Positions 1 to 6,617 of a stretch of DNA of 12,963 nt are shown here, in pieces. A program made the translations under genes and the position numbers. Origin of the DNA: a virus. Taxonomy: Duplodnaviria; Heunggongvirae; Uroviricota; Caudoviricetes. The DNA lies in the IMG/VR virus record IMGVR_UViG_2541047825_000010, positions 1 through 12,963 of that record; one strand, 5' to 3'. The stretch's first letter is position 1. The number at the start of each line of letters is the position of its first letter. The notes under the pieces were generated by a model, which saw only the letters and a program-made list of their open reading frames with translations, was not told the DNA's origin and ran no database searches.

Positions 1-1377
1 TCATACGTCAGCCCCTTGTGCATATCGTCTGCCACGCGCAGCAGGTGCATTTGATGCTGTGCAAATCTGTCTGGCTTCATCCTGGTCACATGCAACAAAG
101 TGTCCGTTGCAGAACCGCTGGTAAACCGTACCAAGTGAGCCAAAACGGTTTTTCGTCACAATGATTTCAGCAAATGGCGCGGCGCTACTGTTCTCGTCAT
201 ATACAGCTTCCCGATAGAGCATGATGATTGAGTCTGCGTCCTGTTCAATGCTTCCTGAATCACGCAAATCTGCGTTTGTCGGGCGTTTGTTTGGTCGCTT
301 CTCAACATCGCGCGAAAGCTGACTCAGGGAGATAACAGGCGTTTTCAGGTCTTTCGCCATCGCCTTCAGGCTTCCGGAGATGTGAGCAATTGCGAGGTCG
401 TTGCGATCTGCTTTCGGCTTCTCAATCAGGCCAAGATAATCCACCATGATGAGTGACAGGTTTGGATTTTCCTGTTTGTGCCGTTCTGCGATTGAGCGTA
501 TTTCTTCGACCGATAACCGCGAGGCATCGACTACCCATACATCCAAATCTGCAAGCTGACTCATGCCGTTAGCAACGCGCGCCCAGCCTTCGTCATCCAT
601 CGATGCAGGATTTCGCAGCACACTAACCGACATCCTCCCGGCGTTGGCAATACTTCGCTCTGCAATCTGCAATGCGCTCATTTCCATTGAGAAAATCAAC
701 ACTCCGCGCCGGACGTCAGAACCAGGAATAACGCGGCTTGCAACGCCTTCGGCAATCTTCAGCGCCAGTTCGGTTTTACCCATACCAGGACGAGCGGCGA
801 TAATCACCAGGTCTTCTGCGTTCATCCCTCCGGTGATGGCGTCAAGTTCGTCGATTCCGGTCTTCAGGGTATCTGACTCTTCTCCGTTCCTCAGACGCCT
901 GTCAAGCGTGTCAGTGTAGTCAGTGATGATTTCCCCTAACCGTACCGGTTTAACCTCGTCACGGGGCTTTCTGATGGCTGAAAGACGCTTTACAAGTTCA
1001 TCCATCGCCTGACTCGATGCGTCGATGGTTCCGCTCTGAATTGGTTCACGCATTTCATCCATGATTTCCAGCACCAGACGGCGGTGATAGTTATCCGCGA
1101 CCATTCCGGCATATCCCTTCAGGTTTGCGGCACTCGGGCAGTTTTTGCTGGTCATCAGGATTGACGTGAAATGCTCCTCTCCGCACGCCTCGGCAACCAT
1201 CAGCGCGTCGATTAAATTTCTGTTTCGCGCCTGCTTGCGGATAACCTCGAAGGCTTTCCGGTAGAGCGGAATTGAAAACGCTTCCGGCTCCAGCGTTGCC
1301 AGAACGTCGCTGGCGGTTGGAGTTAATCCACCAATCAGCAGGCCACCGATAACGCTCGCTTCGATATCCTGTCTCAT
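1..1377 (-). CDS. Replicative DNA helicase, DnaB family (phage P22 gene 12-type), 458 aa
   Basis: Full-length 458-aa ORF. Walker A P-loop [14 protein letters not shown] plus DnaB-like motifs [28 protein letters not shown]. Start ATG overlaps the stop of the upstream O-like gene (ATGA, 1374-1377). Stop codon is at window positions 1-3. Confidence 0.9.
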   Translation of the reverse strand: MRQDIEASVIGGLLIGGLTPTASDVLATLEPEAFSIPLYRKAFEVIRKQARNRNLIDALMVAEACGEEHFTSILMTSKNCPSAANLKGYAGMVADNYHRRLVLEIMDEMREPIQSGTIDASSQAMDELVKRLSAIRKPRDEVKPVRLGEIITDYTDTLDRRLRNGEESDTLKTGIDELDAITGGMNAEDLVIIAARPGMGKTELALKIAEGVASRVIPGSDVRRGVLIFSMEMSALQIAERSIANAGRMSVSVLRNPASMDDEGWARVANGMSQLADLDVWVVDASRLSVEEIRSIAERHKQENPNLSLIMVDYLGLIEKPKADRNDLAIAHISGSLKAMAKDLKTPVISLSQLSRDVEKRPNKRPTNADLRDSGSIEQDADSIIMLYREAVYDENSSAAPFAEIIVTKNRFGSLGTVYQRFCNGHFVACDQDEARQICTASNAPAARGRRYAQGADV

Positions 1378-2321
1378 GCAATCCCCCTGTCTGCAAACTT
1401 CCCTTCCCGTACTCCCGTTAACGAATCTTCCCTCAACAGGTAATCAAAATCAGCCGTCCAGCCCGTGTCGTTGTCTCCGAAGTAAAACGGCTTGGCCTGA
1501 TGCACAAACGCCCTGACATACGCTCTGAAACCGTCCACGTTTGGCGTTTTCAGTTGCGGGATGATTTTCTTCAGGCGGCGTTTGCGTTTCTCGTTGACTG
1601 CAACAGCATGTGGAAGTCTGTCACCGACTTCGGTGTTGTAGGCGTTCAGGAAGGATTCGTAGTCGATTCGTTCTGCCTTGCGACGTTCAGGTTTAACCTG
1701 CCCATCGCCGCCCCCATTGGGGGGTAGGGGGGTATTATTTATATTCTTGTTAATACCTTCTTGTTCATGATGTGCGGTTGTTTGTGCGGCTTCATGTGCG
1801 CTTTCATGTGCGGAATGTGCGCTGAAAGCTGCGCCATTACTGGCTTCGTCATGTGCGGCATCATGTGCGGTTGTTTGTGCGGCATCATGTGCGGGTAAAT
1901 TGTCCATTTTTTGAGCATATTCATGGTAATTTGTGATGGTGATCACACGACCTTTTTGCTTCTCTCCATCAATGGAGATCATCCCTTCTTTCACAAAAAC
2001 CTGAAGCATCCGCTCAACCTGATCACGGCTTGCTGGCTTGCCATGTCTGTCGCATAACTGAAGACCTAAATCAGCTGCTGTCACAACCAGTTGACCGGGT
2101 TGCAGATGCCATTCATGACCTTTGAAATTCGCTTTGTATGGCTTTCTGGCGGCATTCAGGAGAAGGTTTTCCCACAGGGTGCGAAGATAAACATCTTTCG
2201 CCCATGACTGTTTCAGAATGCTCCGGTACAACGGAATGTAACCAGTTTTCTGGTTCTCCATCCTGTTGCTCCTGCGCTCGTGTGCGGCGCTGAAATCGTA
2301 GATTTTTGCTGTATTGCTCAT
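1374..2321 (-). CDS. Replication initiator, lambda O / P22 gene 18-like, 315 aa
   Basis: N-terminus [10 protein letters not shown] resembles lambda O (MTNTAKILNF, recalled). Lies between cII and the helicase as in lambdoid replication modules. Its central part is encoded by iteron repeats, giving a His/Ala-rich linker ([18 protein letters not shown]...). Confidence 0.85.
   Translation of the reverse strand: MSNTAKIYDFSAAHERRSNRMENQKTGYIPLYRSILKQSWAKDVYLRTLWENLLLNAARKPYKANFKGHEWHLQPGQLVVTAADLGLQLCDRHGKPASRDQVERMLQVFVKEGMISIDGEKQKGRVITITNYHEYAQKMDNLPAHDAAQTTAHDAAHDEASNGAAFSAHSAHESAHEAAQTTAHHEQEGINKNINNTPLPPNGGGDGQVKPERRKAERIDYESFLNAYNTEVGDRLPHAVAVNEKRKRRLKKIIPQLKTPNVDGFRAYVRAFVHQAKPFYFGDNDTGWTADFDYLLREDSLTGVREGKFADRGIA
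1765..1895. repeat. Candidate origin of replication: iterons inside the O-like gene, next to an AT-rich tract (1731-1764)
   Basis: About seven direct copies of a CATGTGCGG-type motif. The longer unit ATGTGCGGTTGTTTGTGCGGC occurs twice (about 1770 and 1870). The AT-rich block follows in the gene's reading direction, as in lambda ori. Confidence 0.6.
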
Positions 2322-2323
2322 AA

Positions 2324-2596
2324 CTACCTGCCTTGACGAAAGACCTTAAGAACATCGTTAAACTGACTTACGGATATGTCTTCTTTGAGAAGCTTTTCCA
2401 GAAATGCGTTTGGAATGAACGTATATCCCTCCTCTTTTGGTAGAGACGGGAGCAACGCCCTCGCCTCAGCCTTCAGAAGCTCAGTTCTGGCAACTTTCAC
2501 AAAAGAGATTTGAGTTCTTTCATCAATGGAACGAAGGAAGCGCAAACGCTTAGCTTCTTTGTGTGTATCAGGTGGATTAAAGCCTTTGTTTCGCAT
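2324..2596 (-). CDS. Hypothetical protein, 90 aa, between cII and the O-like gene
   Basis: Internal ATG at 2594-2596 preceded by a GAGG Shine-Dalgarno. The longer 193-aa track ORF would overlap cII, so the short start is preferred. No motif recognised. Confidence 0.5.
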   Translation of the reverse strand: MRNKGFNPPDTHKEAKRLRFLRSIDERTQISFVKVARTELLKAEARALLPSLPKEEGYTFIPNAFLEKLLKEDISVSQFNDVLKVFRQGR

Positions 2597-2601
2597 ATAA
2601 T
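2573..2601 (+). promoter_or_regulatory. Candidate Po promoter for the oop-like RNA
   Basis: -10 TATAAT at 2596-2601 with a weak -35 TGGATT at 2573-2578 (17-bp spacer), facing the cII 3' end. Confidence 0.4.
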
Positions 2602-2607
2602 TACCTC

Positions 2608-2672
2608 GTTGGATGTTGTTAAAATTCCATTTGTATTTGATCAGAACGCTCGGTTGCCGCCGGGCGTTTTTT
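2608..2672 (+). ncRNA. oop: oop-like antisense RNA overlapping the 3' end of cII
   Basis: 3' portion CAGAACGCTCGGTTGCCGCCGGGCGTTTTTTATT matches the lambda oop 3' end as recalled. Ends in a terminator (stem 2647-2653 / 2660-2666, T-run 2667-2672) lying inside the cII coding 3' end on the opposite strand. 5' end is estimated from the promoter. Confidence 0.55.
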
Positions 2673-2912
2673 ATTGGTGAGAATCGAAGCAACTTGTCGT
2701 GCCAATCGAGCCATGTCGTCGTCAACGACGCCCCATTCAAGAACAGCAAGCAGCATTGAGAACTTTGGAATCCAGTCCCTCTTCCACCTGCTGATCTGCG
2801 ACTTATCAACTCCCACAGCTTCCGCTGTCTTCTCAGTTCCAAGCATTGCGATTTTGTTAAGCAACGCACTCTCGATTCGTAGAGCCTCGTTGCGTTTGTT
2901 TGCACGAACCAT
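2619..2912 (-). CDS. cII: Transcriptional activator CII, 97 aa
   Basis: MVRANKRNEALRIESALLNKIAMLGTEKTAEAVGVDKSQISRWKRDWIPKF... is near-identical to lambda CII as recalled. Upstream context TAAGGAAATACTTACATATG matches lambda. The track ORF start at 2999 is an in-frame upstream extension. Confidence 0.92.
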   Translation of the reverse strand: MVRANKRNEALRIESALLNKIAMLGTEKTAEAVGVDKSQISRWKRDWIPKFSMLLAVLEWGVVDDDMARLARQVASILTNKKRPAATERSDQIQMEF

Positions 2913-2925
2913 ATGTAAGTATTTC
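2890..2925 (+). promoter_or_regulatory. pRE-type CII-activated promoter
   Basis: TTGC-N6-TTGC at 2890-2903 (TTGCGTTTGTTTGC) spanning the cII start, as in lambda pRE. Directed toward cro and c2. Confidence 0.5.
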
Positions 2926-2970
2926 CTTAACAAATAAGGAGTTATGCGCATCAACTTATGCGCGTTGTAT

Positions 2971-3013
2971 TCCCGCATTTCGGCGGGAATGAGGACCATG
3001 ACTGTTAAAGAGC
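2971..3013 (-). promoter_or_regulatory. nutR (boxA + boxB hairpin) between cro and cII
   Basis: On the minus strand: boxA GCTCTTTAACA and boxB TCCCGCCGAAATGCGGGA. Both are identical to the nutL copies at 4104-4144. Confidence 0.6.
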
Positions 3014-3020
3014 AATTTGC

Positions 3021-3206
3021 TTATGCCGCTTTGCGGTAAGCGCTTTCTTGATACTTCAGGGCGCCAGCTGTAACGACTTCCAGTCGATAGGCGTCTTTCT
3101 CTGGGATGACTTCCTTCCACTGAGAGACTGCTGCGTCGCTAATGCCTAACGCTTTAGCTACAGCACGCTGGGTTCCGAAGTGGTCGATAACATCTTTCTT
3201 GTACAT
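3021..3206 (-). CDS. cro: Cro repressor, P22 type, 61 aa
   Basis: MYKKDVIDHFGTQRAVAKALGISDAAVSQWKEVIPEKDAYRLE... is near-identical to P22 Cro as recalled. Divergent from c2 across the operator region. Confidence 0.92.
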   Translation of the reverse strand: MYKKDVIDHFGTQRAVAKALGISDAAVSQWKEVIPEKDAYRLEVVTAGALKYQESAYRKAA

Positions 3207-3220
3207 AGACTCGCTCCGAA

Positions 3221-3286
3221 ATTAAAGAACACTTAAATTATCCACTAAAGGAATCTTAAGTCAAGTTTATTTAAGATGTCTTAACT
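3221..3286. promoter_or_regulatory. OR1-OR3 operators with divergent PR (toward cro) and PRM (toward c2)
   Basis: Three 18-bp pseudo-palindromes of P22 type: ATTAAAGAACACTTAAAT (3221-3238), ACTAAAGGAATCTTAAGT (3244-3261), ATTTAAGATGTCTTAACT (3269-3286). Minus-strand PR: -35 TTGACT (3259-3264), 17-bp spacer, -10 ATAATT (3236-3241). c2 has no Shine-Dalgarno and may be leaderless. Confidence 0.7.
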
Positions 3287-3937
3287 ATGAAAACTCAATT
3301 GATGGGAGAGCGCATTCGCGCTCGGAGAAAAGAACTCAAGATCAGGCAGGCCGCACTTGGAAAGATGGTCGGCGTGTCTAATGTTGCCATATCTCAGTGG
3401 GAACGCTCTGAGACAGAGCCAAATGGAGAGAATCTTCTCGCCCTGGCTAATGCGTTGAAGTGTTCCCCTGACTATCTGATGAAAGGAGAGGAAAGTCTTT
3501 CAAACATTGCCTATCACAGTAGGCATGATCCAAGAGGGTCATACCCTCTGATTAGCTGGGTGAGCGCAGGATGCTGGATGGAAGCTGTAGAACCATATCA
3601 TAAGCGTGCAATAGATAACTGGTACGATACAACCGTAGACTGTTCAGAAGATTCGTTTTGGTTGGACGTGAAGGGAGACTCAATGACGGCTCCGGCCGGT
3701 CTCAGTATCCCTGAAGGAATGATAATACTCGTCGATCCTGAAGTAGAGCCGCGTAACGGGAAACTGGTAGTTGCAAAGCTCGAAGGAGAAAACGAGGCAA
3801 CTTTCAAGAAGTTAGTTATTGATGCAGGCAGGAAGTTTCTAAAACCACTTAACCCACAATATCCGATGATCGAGATCAACGGAAACTGCAAAATCATCGG
3901 CGTAGTTGTCGATGCAAAACTAGCAAACCTTCCATAA
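3287..3937 (+). CDS. c2: Prophage repressor C2 (CI-type, HTH plus LexA-like S24 autopeptidase domain), 216 aa
   Basis: Near-identical to P22 C2 as recalled (MxTQLMGERIRARRKxLKIRQAALGKMVGVSNVAISQWERSETEPNGENLL..., C-terminal GDSM...KL). Confidence 0.93.
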   Translation: MKTQLMGERIRARRKELKIRQAALGKMVGVSNVAISQWERSETEPNGENLLALANALKCSPDYLMKGEESLSNIAYHSRHDPRGSYPLISWVSAGCWMEAVEPYHKRAIDNWYDTTVDCSEDSFWLDVKGDSMTAPAGLSIPEGMIILVDPEVEPRNGKLVVAKLEGENEATFKKLVIDAGRKFLKPLNPQYPMIEINGNCKIIGVVVDAKLANLP

Positions 3938-3960
3938 GGGGGCATTCGCCCCTTTTTTTT
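3938..3960 (+). terminator. Rho-independent terminator after c2
   Basis: GGGGC-ATTC-GCCCC hairpin followed by eight T. Confidence 0.7.
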
Positions 3961-4002
3961 ATTTCCTTTAAAAATCAAAGCCAAACTTAAGTTACGAAAG
4001 AA

Positions 4003-4064
4003 AATTTAAGTTTTCTTCAAAAATACTCTTGACCATTAATTAAAGAGATCTTAAATTTAAGCCA
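4003..4064 (+). promoter_or_regulatory. OL operators and PL promoter
   Basis: Operator-like 18-mers ATTTAAGTTTTCTTCAAA (4004-4021) and ATTAAAGAGATCTTAAAT (4039-4056). -35 TTGACC (4029-4034), 17-bp spacer, -10 TAAATT (4052-4057), with the operator overlapping the promoter. Confidence 0.55.
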
Positions 4065-4103
4065 TCAGCAGGACGCTGGAAGCCAAACGGAACAGATTGG
4101 CAG

Positions 4104-4144
4104 GCTCTTTAACATTGATGGGATTGTCCCGCCGAAATGCGGGA
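4104..4144 (+). promoter_or_regulatory. nutL (boxA GCTCTTTAACA, boxB hairpin TCCCGC-CGAAAT-GCGGGA)
   Basis: Identical boxA and boxB to the minus-strand copy after cro. Lies in the PL leader upstream of N. Confidence 0.6.
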
Positions 4145-4160
4145 ACCAAAGAGTAGTTGG

Positions 4161-4232
4161 CTTTGGGGTGACGTGAAGTGCAGCTGCACGACGGCAACCG
4201 GAAGATAAGCACCCGGCGCGTCACCGCCAAAG
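4161..4232 (+). promoter_or_regulatory. Long-range stem-loop in the N leader
   Basis: CTTTGGGGTGACG (4161-4173) pairs with CGTCACCGCCAAAG (4219-4232). Encloses a perfect 12-bp palindrome GTGCAGCTGCAC (4178-4189). Lies 20 nt upstream of the N start. Confidence 0.4.
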
Positions 4233-4251
4233 TCAATCATCGGAGGTCAAC

Positions 4252-4551
4252 ATGACAGTAGTCATTACATATCTGGCTGACGATAACGCCAGAAATCGCC
4301 GCAGAGCACGCAGACAGGCTCAACGTGAACAGGCAATGCAAGAGCAGCGACTGGCGCGAAAAATTGCGCTAAAGCTCTCTGGTTGCGTCAGGGCAGATAA
4401 AGCAGCATCACTCGGAAGCCTTCGCTGCAAGAAGGCAGAAGAAGTCGAGCGTAAACAGAACCGTATTTACTACCGCAAGCCACGCAGTGAAATGGGTGTG
4501 ACTTGTGTTGGTCGCCAGAAAATGAAATTAGGCAGCAAACCACTTATTTGA
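4252..4551 (+). CDS. N: Antitermination protein N (P22 gene 24 equivalent), 99 aa
   Basis: N-terminal arginine-rich motif NARNRRRARRQAQREQ. C-terminus ...NRIYYRKPRSEMGVTCVGRQKMKLGSKPLI resembles the lambda N C-terminus as recalled. First gene after PL and nutL. Shine-Dalgarno GGAGG. Confidence 0.85.
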   Translation: MTVVITYLADDNARNRRRARRQAQREQAMQEQRLARKIALKLSGCVRADKAASLGSLRCKKAEEVERKQNRIYYRKPRSEMGVTCVGRQKMKLGSKPLI

Positions 4552-4559
4552 GGTGAGAT

Positions 4560-5030
4560 ATGACAAAATCATGGAGCGTACCTTTTCCTGAATCAGAAAC
4601 TGAACATGATGGAATGCCTGTTTTCTGGAGATTCCAGGCGACAGTTGAAGAAGATGGAATCAAAATATTCGCACTTCAATATATAGCTTTTCATCAGACA
4701 GAGCATTATGCATGGTTGGTTCCTGCGCATTGGATTATTGATTTTAAACCAGCACCAAATCAGTGGTTACGGGAATGGAAACAAAGGAGAAATAGATATG
4801 CAATTAAGAAAGTAGCAAAAAATGCAGAAAGATCTTTTGCATTCCCAACGAAGAAACTTGCCATTGAAAGTTTATTGCGCCGGAAGAAATACCATTTAAT
4901 GAGAATCAAACAAGATTTGGCTGTTGTATCAACTCTTGTTGATGGGATGAAGAATATTGATACATCAACACCAGATATTGAATATAACTTTGGACACAAC
5001 CAAGAAACAGAAAATTGGGTATTCTACTAG
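4560..5030 (+). CDS. Hypothetical protein, 156 aa, AT-rich moron
   Basis: ATG 8 nt after the N stop with Shine-Dalgarno AGGTGAG. G+C is lower than neighbours by eye. No predicted transmembrane segment and no recognised motif. Confidence 0.7.
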   Translation: MTKSWSVPFPESETEHDGMPVFWRFQATVEEDGIKIFALQYIAFHQTEHYAWLVPAHWIIDFKPAPNQWLREWKQRRNRYAIKKVAKNAERSFAFPTKKLAIESLLRRKKYHLMRIKQDLAVVSTLVDGMKNIDTSTPDIEYNFGHNQETENWVFY

Positions 5031-5054
5031 GCCGCATAGTCGGCCTTTATTTTT
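5029..5054 (+). terminator. Rho-independent terminator after the 156-aa ORF
   Basis: AGGCCG-CATAGT-CGGCCT hairpin followed by TTATTTTT. Confidence 0.6.
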
Positions 5055-5076
5055 GGCATAAACAACAGAGGTGAAT

Positions 5077-5211
5077 ATGAACGCAGTTGAATTTACAAAA
5101 TGGATGGCAGAGCAAGATATCACAGGAGCCGACGAAAAGGCTGTGTACTACATGGCTCTGCTATGGATTCACAAAGCAAAAGAGGCTGCAAATGCTCTTG
5201 GAGGTGAGTAA
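5077..5211 (+). CDS. Hypothetical small protein, 44 aa (MNAVEFTKWMAEQDITGADEKAVYYMALLWIHKAKEAANALGGE)
   Basis: Not in the ORF track (below 60 aa). Shine-Dalgarno AGAGGTGA 3-10 nt upstream of the ATG. Stop overlaps the next ORF's start (TAATG). Confidence 0.4.
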   Translation: MNAVEFTKWMAEQDITGADEKAVYYMALLWIHKAKEAANALGGE

Positions 5212-5399
5212 TGAAAGTAAAAATAACTGCTTCTAATACCAGTTTTGTTAGTGTTGGTGATATTACAGAAGTAATAACAAACCATGATGGAACACAAGTT
5301 ATGTGGTCTGATTTTTGTAAAAGATATGAGCGAGTCACTTGGTGTAAACTCGTATGGGGCGTCGAATACGAAGAATTACCTGAAATGCATGACGAATAA
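5211..5399 (+). CDS. Hypothetical protein, 62 aa
   Basis: Translationally coupled to the 44-aa ORF. Occupies the ral/sieB-type interval but has no recognised similarity. Confidence 0.5.
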   Translation: MKVKITASNTSFVSVGDITEVITNHDGTQVMWSDFCKRYERVTWCKLVWGVEYEELPEMHDE

Positions 5400-5494
5400 G
5401 CACTGTGTATTCATTCCAACGAGTGAATACACGGAGCAATGTCGCTCGTAACTAAACAGGAGCCGACTTGTTCTGATTATTGGAAATCTTCTTT

Positions 5495-5520
5495 GCCCTC
5501 CAGTGTGAGGGCCTTTTTAT
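5495..5520 (+). terminator. Rho-independent terminator upstream of cIII
   Basis: GCCCTC-CAGTGT-GAGGGC hairpin followed by CTTTTTAT. Confidence 0.55.
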
Positions 5521-5584
5521 ATGCATACCAATAACGCTTCACTCGAGGCGTTTTCGTTATGCAATCAAACAGAAGGAGCATCCT

Positions 5585-5755
5585 ATGCAACAGTTCGCTA
5601 TTGCAGGGGCGGCATCGGTTCGCCCTTTCAACCCGATTTTATCGGTACAGCATTCACGAAAAAATATTTTAACCGGAGCAGACTTTAAACAACCAAGAAT
5701 GAAAAGTTTGCTCGAAAAGCTTTGGGATATTTTGAAACAACAAGGCCGTCCATGA
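5585..5755 (+). CDS. cIII: CIII (FtsH inhibitor that stabilises CII), 56 aa
   Basis: MQQFAIAG... and the central ...MKSLLEKLWDILKQQG resemble lambda CIII (MQYAIAG...WKRLIDILNQPG, recalled). Shine-Dalgarno AAGGAG. The track ORF start at 5480 lies inside the upstream terminator and was rejected. Confidence 0.8.
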   Translation: MQQFAIAGAASVRPFNPILSVQHSRKNILTGADFKQPRMKSLLEKLWDILKQQGRP

Positions 5756-5922
5756 GTTTTATAGATAACTGGTCAGACGAAGAATTCATTCGTCAGATGA
5801 AAGAATTAATCGGTAACGAAGGAGATATTCATGTCACTTGCAACCACCGTGAAGGAGAGCAAGTTACAGAGACGCATGTACACGCGGCAGGCGTTAATGT
5901 ATCGCCAGAAGGGAGATCGTGA
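5752..5922 (+). CDS. Hypothetical protein, 56 aa, in the Kil position
   Basis: ATG overlaps the cIII stop (ATGA). Lambda kil likewise overlaps the cIII end. No sequence similarity recognised, so the Kil role is positional only. Confidence 0.45.
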   Translation: MSFIDNWSDEEFIRQMKELIGNEGDIHVTCNHREGEQVTETHVHAAGVNVSPEGRS

Positions 5923-6011
5923 AGGTGTTCGCGTCTTTTTAAATGCGGCAAAGACTGAAGTATTAAATCAGCGTTATTTCCTTGGGCCATGTCCATTCTG
6001 AGAACAATCAT

Positions 6012-6617
6012 ATGAGCAAAGAATTTTACGCAAGACTGGCAGCTATTCAGGAGAATCTGAACGCGCCAAAGAATCAGTACAACTCATTCGGCAAATATAA
6101 ATACAGAAGCTGCGAAGACATTCTTGAAGGCGTTAAGCCGTTACTGAATGGCCTGTTTTTATCAATCAGCGATGAAGTTGTGTTGATTGGTGATCGGTAT
6201 TACGTGAAAGCCACGGCAACTATTACCGATGGCGAAAACAGTCATACAGCAACCGCTCTTGCACGAGAGGAAGAAAGCAAGAAAGGAATGGATTCTGCAC
6301 AAGTTACTGGAGCTACAAGCTCTTATGCACGCAAGTATTGCCTCAATGGTTTATTCGGCATTGATGATGCGAAAGATGCAGATACCGACGAGCATAAACA
6401 TCAGCAGAACGCAGCAGCAAAGCAATCAAAACCATCACCTACACCTGAACAGGTTCTAAAAGCATTCACTGACGCAGCAATGCAGAAAAACACCGTAGAA
6501 GAGCTTAAACAGGCGTTCGCCAAAGCGTGGAAGATGCTCGAAGGCACACCGGAGCAGCACAAAGCGCAGGACGTTTACAACATCAGACGAGACGAATTAG
6601 AAGGAGCGGCTGCTTAA
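6012..6617 (+). CDS. erf: Erf, essential recombination function (single-strand annealing protein), 201 aa
   Basis: MSKEFYARLAAIQENLNAPKNQYNSFGKYKYRSCEDILEGVKPLL... closely matches P22 Erf as recalled. First ATG in frame; the track start at 5982 is a TTG. Confidence 0.9.
   Translation: MSKEFYARLAAIQENLNAPKNQYNSFGKYKYRSCEDILEGVKPLLNGLFLSISDEVVLIGDRYYVKATATITDGENSHTATALAREEESKKGMDSAQVTGATSSYARKYCLNGLFGIDDAKDADTDEHKHQQNAAAKQSKPSPTPEQVLKAFTDAAMQKNTVEELKQAFAKAWKMLEGTPEQHKAQDVYNIRRDELEGAAA

Noticed and set aside
563-919. 118-aa plus-strand ORF antisense to the helicase gene
   Set aside because: Entirely inside a well-supported DnaB-like CDS on the other strand; no ribosome-binding site; composition typical of an antisense shadow frame.
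1091-1396. 101-aa minus-strand ORF overlapping the helicase 5' region in another frame
   Set aside because: Alternative frame of a confident gene; no independent support.
1739-1924. 61-aa His/Met-rich ORF (and the 1500-1727 and 2113-2355 ORFs) within the O-like gene
   Set aside because: Artefacts of the iteron repeats read in another frame, or shadow frames of the O-like gene.
2597-2905. Upstream extension of the 90-aa ORF to the 193-aa track ORF
   Set aside because: Would overlap most of cII in another frame; the internal ATG at 2594-2596 has a proper Shine-Dalgarno.
2913-2999. Upstream extension of cII (track ORF 2619-2999)
   Set aside because: The lambda-like CII N-terminus MVRANK with its ribosome-binding site begins at 2912; the extension would run through nutR.
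3598-3984. 128-aa minus-strand ORF antisense to c2
   Set aside because: Shadow frame of the highly confident repressor gene; runs through the c2 terminator.
5480-5584. Upstream extension of cIII (track start 5480)
   Set aside because: Starts inside the terminator hairpin at 5495-5520; the CIII-like N-terminus and AAGGAG ribosome-binding site are at 5585.
5982-6011. Upstream TTG start for erf and a TTG start at 5722 for the Kil-position ORF
   Set aside because: Non-ATG starts without a ribosome-binding site; the conserved Erf N-terminus MSKEFYARL begins at 6012 and the ATG at 5752 is coupled to the cIII stop.
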